From NCBI GenBank assembly GCA_028716525.1, contig JAQUPQ010000019.1, forward strand, positions 2,750 through 66,749: 64,000 bases of DNA, in the 5' to 3' direction. A program made the position numbers and the translations under genes. The DNA is from Terriglobia bacterium. GTDB lineage: Bacteria > Acidobacteriota > Terriglobia > JAIQFV01. This document shows positions 59,946 through 64,000 of the stretch, in pieces (the stretch's first letter is position 1; every line of letters begins with the position of its first letter). The notes below the pieces were generated by a model that searched no databases, had not been told where the DNA came from, and worked only from the letters and a program-made list of their open reading frames with translations.

Positions 59946-62900
59946 ATGGCAAAGGCTGCTCCACGGAGCAAGGCGGCAAAGGCCAAAGGGAAGGTGTCGA
60001 TGCAGAAAGGGAAACCGGATGCGTTCGATCTTTCCAAAGAGATTTTGGATCGTGTCCGGAGCTTGGTTCTGGTAGCCGACAAGAACGCCTCCATTGTTTA
60101 TGCCAGCCCTTCGTTCGAGAACGTGTTGGGATATCGGCCGGAAGACATCCTGGGCGAGCGATGGTGGAAAATCAGCGGCGAAGACTTGAAAGAGCGAGCC
60201 CGCAAGAAGGACTACATTGCCCGCTGCGCCCGGGGCGAGATTTCTTTGTCGAAGTTGCCTTATCGGGGCGTGTATTTGAATCGCGACGGAGGACGCCGTT
60301 GGATCCTTTGGAGCGATTCTCACGGGCCGAACCATACGATCATCGGAACGGGACTCGACATCACGGATCAGGTCAAAGCCGAACAGGCCGCCGAAGAATA
60401 TAATCAAAGAAATCTCCGAATTTTGGAAAGCATTTCAGATGGCTTCTTCGCTTTGGACCGGGAATGGCGATTCACTTATTTGAATCGGCAAGGGGAAGCC
60501 CTTTTGCGAAGAACCGGCGAACAATTGTTGGGGCGCAACATCTGGGAGGAATTTCCTGAGGCCGTCGGCTCCCTCTTCTTTAAGGAATATCATCGGGCCA
60601 TGGCTTCTCAACAAGCGACTCAGTTTGAAGCCTATTATCCCCCTTTGGAGACTTGGTTCGAGGTCCATGCTTTTCCTTATGCCGACGGACTTTCCGTTCA
60701 CTTCCACAATGTTACGGCCCGGAAGAAGATGCAGGATGAAGTACGAATGCTGGCCGAGGCCTTTCGTAGCGTGGGCGAATATGTATCGATCACGGATTTG
60801 GAAGACCGGCTGATTTTCGTGAATGACGCATTCAGTAAAGCCTACGGATATCCGATTGAGGAACTGATCGGACAACACATTCAAATTGTGCGCTCGGAAA
60901 CCCGGTCAAAGGGCATCTTCAAGAGGATCGGTCCGGCGACGCTAAAAGGGGGCTGGAAAGGAGAAATCTGGAATCGCCGAAAGAACGGCAAGGAGTTCCC
61001 GATATTTCTGTCCACGTCTCTCATCTGCGATGAAAGTGGGAAGGCAGTCGCCCAGGTTGGCGTGGCGCGCGATGTCACTGAGGAAAAGGAAACTCACGAA
61101 CGCCTGGATCATTTGAACCGATTGTATGCAGTGTTGAGCCAGGTCGATGAAACCCTGGTGCGTTCGCGCGAGCCGGAGAAACTGTTTCAAGAAGCCTGCC
61201 GGATCGCCGTGGAGGTCGGAGGTTTTCGAATGGCTTGGGTGGGACGGGTCGAGGAGCCGACGCGTCGGGTGATGCCGGTGGCGCGTTATGGCTATGACGA
61301 AGGCTACCTCGACTCCATCGTGATATCGATCGATGATGTTCCCGAAGGGGGCGGTATTGTGGGCCGGGCTCTTCGGGGGAGAATTCACGCCGTTTCCAAT
61401 GATATCGAACATGATCCCGGCATGGCGGTTTGGAGCAAGGCGGCGTTGGAACGCGGTTATCACTCTTGTGCGGCCTTTCCGTTGCGCCTGGGGGATCGCT
61501 TCGTCGGGGCCTTGGCGCTCTATTCGTCAGAAGTAAATTATTTCGACGACACAAAGATTCGACTATTGGATTCCCTGGCCGCCGACATCTCGATTGCATT
61601 GGAATCGGCGGAACGGGAGAAACTGCGGACCATAGCCCAACAAGAGCTCCTCGAAACAAATCTCAAGCTCACGTCTCTTTATGAGGCTTCGCCCCTGGCC
61701 ATCCTTTCGATTACGACCGAAGGAAAGATACTGATGTGGAGCAAGGCCGCAGAACGGATTTTCGGGTGGAAGGCTGAGGAAGTACTCGGGGGAGGCCTCC
61801 CGTTCGTTCCGGAAGATCAGCGCGTCGAGTCTCAGGCCTTGTTGGAACGAGTGAAGCATGGAGAGATTCTCACGGACGTGCCTTTGGTGCGCCGACGCAA
61901 AGACGGCAGCCGCATCGATATCAACCTGTTCACCGCACCCATGAGAGACAGCCGGGGTGTGGTGCGGGGCTGCATGGCACTGCTGGCCGACATTACCGAG
62001 CGCAAACGCGCTGAGGCCCAAAGCCGCATCATCTCTGAAATTATTCAAGGTGTAAATTCCACTTCCAATCTGGATGAATTGCTTCGGTTGATCCATCAGT
62101 CTCTTCGGAACGTGCTGTACGCCGAAAACTGTTTCATTGCTCTCTACAATCGCACCACCGGTCTGTTTGAATTTCCGTTTTTTGTGGATCAGTTTGATAA
62201 ACCACCCGCGCCATTCAAAGCTGAAAAAAGCCGAACCGCTTATGTGTTTAAGTCCGGCAAGCCCCTGATGATCACCGATGCCGCATTTCGGGATTTGGAG
62301 AAGCAGGGGGTGGTGGAGCTGATCGGGACCGCTTCCTCCTCGTGGTTGGGAGTTCCTTTGAAAACACCCATGGAAACCATCGGCGTTCTGGCGGTGCAAC
62401 ACTATCAAAATGAAAACGCTTATGACCGGCGCGATCTGGAGTTTTTGAATTCGGTAGGCAGCCAGATTGCCCTGGCGATTGATCGCAAACGCGCCGGAGA
62501 GAATCTGCGAAAGAGTGACGAGCGGCTTCTCCTCATCAGCCAAGCCACCAATGATGCTGTCTGGGACTGGGATATAACCACGGGCCATGGTACCCGCTCC
62601 GGAGGGTTTCAAATCTTGTTCGGCTATTCTCCTGAAGAATTTGGAGAAGATTTTGAGTCTTGGAAATCCTGCATTCATCCGGAGGAGCGCGAAGGCGTAA
62701 TTCGAGGGATTCAAGAAACACTCGCCCGCGGAGATCGAAGTTGGTCCGCCGAATACCGCTTCTGCCGAAAAGACGGAACCTATGCTTACGTGTTTGATCG
62801 CGGTTATGTCATGGTCAATGAACAGAACAAACCGGTCCGCATGGTCGGCGCCATGATGGATGTTTCGACACTGAAGGAAACTCAGGAAGCGCTTCGCAAG

Positions 62901-64000
62901 AGCCAGGAGCAGTTCCTGCAGGCCCAAAAGATGGAAGCGGTTGGACAGCTGGCCGGAGGCATTGCCCACGACTTCAACAATTTGCTGACGGCCATCAACG
63001 GTTACAGCGAGCTGCTGCTGGGTCGCATGCGTGAAAATGATCCGCTGCGCCGGGAGATTCAAGAAATCAAAAACGCCGGAGACCGCGCCGCCACATTGAC
63101 TCATCAATTGCTGGCTTTCAGCCGTCGGCAGGTTTTACAGCCCAAGGTATTGGATCTCAACAGCGTGGTGTCCGGAGTCGACAAGATGATTCGTCGGCTC
63201 ATCGGCGAGAATATTGAACTGACTTCCAGCTTGGCGCCGGACTTGGGCTGTGTGAAGGCCGATCCTGGGCAGATAAGCCAGGTGATCGTGAATCTCGTCG
63301 TCAATGCCCGTGACGCCATGCCTTCCGGCGGTCGTTTGTTCATTGACACGGACAACACGGTGGTGGATGCGAGTTTCAAGAGCGGGAATGAGGAAATTAA
63401 GCCGGGCCAATATGTTTTGCTGACTGTTCATGACAGCGGTGAAGGCATGGATGAAGAAACACTGCAGCGCGCATTTGAGCCCTTCTTCACCACCAAAGAG
63501 CCCGGCAAAGGAACCGGATTGGGCCTTTCAACGGTCTACGGGATCATCAAGCAGAGCGGAGGATTCGTCACCCTCGAGAGCCAAAAGAACCGGGGAACCT
63601 TATTCCGGATCTACTTGCCGCGCATTGAGGAGACCACGGTGGCCCCGACCTCGGACGCCGACCGCAAAGAACAACCCTACGGGCTGGAAACCATATTGCT
63701 TGTGGAAGATGAGGAAATGATTCGCGAACTCGGCAAGGAAGTTTTACAGGATCGCGGGTACACGGTCCTGTGCGCCTCCAATGGGGAAGAAGCTCTGGAG
63801 TTATGCATGGATCCTCACGGAAGAATCGATGCCCTGTTGACCGACGTGGTGATGCCCAAAATGAATGGACGCCTATTGGCCGAGGCCGCTAAAAAGTTAA
63901 TCCCGGATTTAAAGGTGATTTATATGTCGGGCTATACGAACGACGTGGCGGGATTACAAGAGGTGCTCGATGGGGGCGATTCGTTCCTGCAAAAACCGTT
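59946..64000 (+). CDS. hybrid sensor histidine kinase: 5 PAS, 2 GAF, HisKA, HATPase_c and receiver (3' end runs off the window)
   Basis: The open frame is not in the track because it is open-ended. ATG 59946 follows GAGGTG by 6-7 nt. My translation gives PAS-like blocks ([15 protein letters not shown].., [18 protein letters not shown].., [18 protein letters not shown].., [17 protein letters not shown].., [17 protein letters not shown]..) and two GAF-like blocks. It also gives the H-box [18 protein letters not shown], the G-boxes DSGEGMD and [12 protein letters not shown], and the REC domain [13 protein letters not shown]...[12 protein letters not shown]. Confidence 0.92.
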   Translation, partial: MAKAAPRSKAAKAKGKVSMQKGKPDAFDLSKEILDRVRSLVLVADKNASIVYASPSFENVLGYRPEDILGERWWKISGEDLKERARKKDYIARCARGEISLSKLPYRGVYLNRDGGRRWILWSDSHGPNHTIIGTGLDITDQVKAEQAAEEYNQRNLRILESISDGFFALDREWRFTYLNRQGEALLRRTGEQLLGRNIWEEFPEAVGSLFFKEYHRAMASQQATQFEAYYPPLETWFEVHAFPYADGLSVHFHNVTARKKMQDEVRMLAEAFRSVGEYVSITDLEDRLIFVNDAFSKAYGYPIEELIGQHIQIVRSETRSKGIFKRIGPATLKGGWKGEIWNRRKNGKEFPIFLSTSLICDESGKAVAQVGVARDVTEEKETHERLDHLNRLYAVLSQVDETLVRSREPEKLFQEACRIAVEVGGFRMAWVGRVEEPTRRVMPVARYGYDEGYLDSIVISIDDVPEGGGIVGRALRGRIHAVSNDIEHDPGMAVWSKAALERGYHSCAAFPLRLGDRFVGALALYSSEVNYFDDTKIRLLDSLAADISIALESAEREKLRTIAQQELLETNLKLTSLYEASPLAILSITTEGKILMWSKAAERIFGWKAEEVLGGGLPFVPEDQRVESQALLERVKHGEILTDVPLVRRRKDGSRIDINLFTAPMRDSRGVVRGCMALLADITERKRAEAQSRIISEIIQGVNSTSNLDELLRLIHQSLRNVLYAENCFIALYNRTTGLFEFPFFVDQFDKPPAPFKAEKSRTAYVFKSGKPLMITDAAFRDLEKQGVVELIGTASSSWLGVPLKTPMETIGVLAVQHYQNENAYDRRDLEFLNSVGSQIALAIDRKRAGENLRKSDERLLLISQATNDAVWDWDITTGHGTRSGGFQILFGYSPEEFGEDFESWKSCIHPEEREGVIRGIQETLARGDRSWSAEYRFCRKDGTYAYVFDRGYVMVNEQNKPVRMVGAMMDVSTLKETQEALRKSQEQFLQAQKMEAVGQLAGGIAHDFNNLLTAINGYSELLLGRMRENDPLRREIQEIKNAGDRAATLTHQLLAFSRRQVLQPKVLDLNSVVSGVDKMIRRLIGENIELTSSLAPDLGCVKADPGQISQVIVNLVVNARDAMPSGGRLFIDTDNTVVDASFKSGNEEIKPGQYVLLTVHDSGEGMDEETLQRAFEPFFTTKEPGKGTGLGLSTVYGIIKQSGGFVTLESQKNRGTLFRIYLPRIEETTVAPTSDADRKEQPYGLETILLVEDEEMIRELGKEVLQDRGYTVLCASNGEEALELCMDPHGRIDALLTDVVMPKMNGRLLAEAAKKLIPDLKVIYMSGYTNDVAGLQEVLDGGDSFLQKP

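Noticed and set aside
60435-63431. A series of minus-strand ORFs (149, 173, 194, 514 and 98 aa)
   Set aside because: All are antisense to the open-ended hybrid histidine kinase frame, which translates into textbook PAS, GAF, HisKA, HATPase and REC blocks.

Overview
This is a 64-kb chromosomal segment from a moderately GC-rich bacterium. The gene content looks like an Acidobacteriota-type soil organism: DUF1800, UPF0182, an orphan MacB-type ABC ATPase, a giant alpha-2-macroglobulin, a BNR/VPS10 propeller protein, a multi-PAS/GAF hybrid kinase and many GC-rich REP-like hairpins. That taxonomic call is inference only. I can support about 41 protein genes. I found no rRNA, tRNA or CRISPR array. 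Gene order, left to right: partial NnrS-like gene; a 960-bp REP-dense gap; TPR-thioredoxin; secreted hypothetical; membrane protein, wHTH regulator and membrane protein; MFS; TetR-MFP-RND efflux operon; low-complexity secreted protein; aconitase; DUF1800; Y1 (RAYT-like) transposase 1 with flanking REP arrays; DUF2007; SnoaL-like; small nucleotidyltransferase; aldo-keto reductase; UPF0182; hypothetical; Sir2; HTH-TOBE regulator with modABC; three tandem GT-C (PMT_2/ArnT-like) paralogues; SDR; a 1981-aa thioester alpha-2-macroglobulin; rhodanese, NDH-2 and a TIGR01777-type gene; RAYT-like transposase 2; C1 peptidase; helical-repeat protein; orphan ABC ATPase; SAM methyltransferase; a 1115-aa BNR/VPS10 protein; partial hybrid histidine kinase. 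I see no canonical defence island, prophage, integron or biosynthetic cluster, and I cannot name a clearly novel multi-gene system. The most unusual items are: (1) the triplicated GT-C membrane glycosyltransferase array with an unrecognised conserved C-terminal module; (2) the atypical alpha-2-macroglobulin, which has no lipobox, no pbpC neighbour, an extra N-terminal domain and a Gly-rich bait region; (3) a GGA-repeat long inverted repeat just downstream of it; (4) two REP-RAYT loci with different REP families, including a 145-bp four-hairpin module in tandem; (5) a repeated 9-N5-9 operator-like palindrome with a leaderless-type consensus promoter around the wHTH regulator. Coordinates read off the sequence by eye may be off by 1-2 nt. 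Start codons were refined from the ORF track using RBS context where stated.
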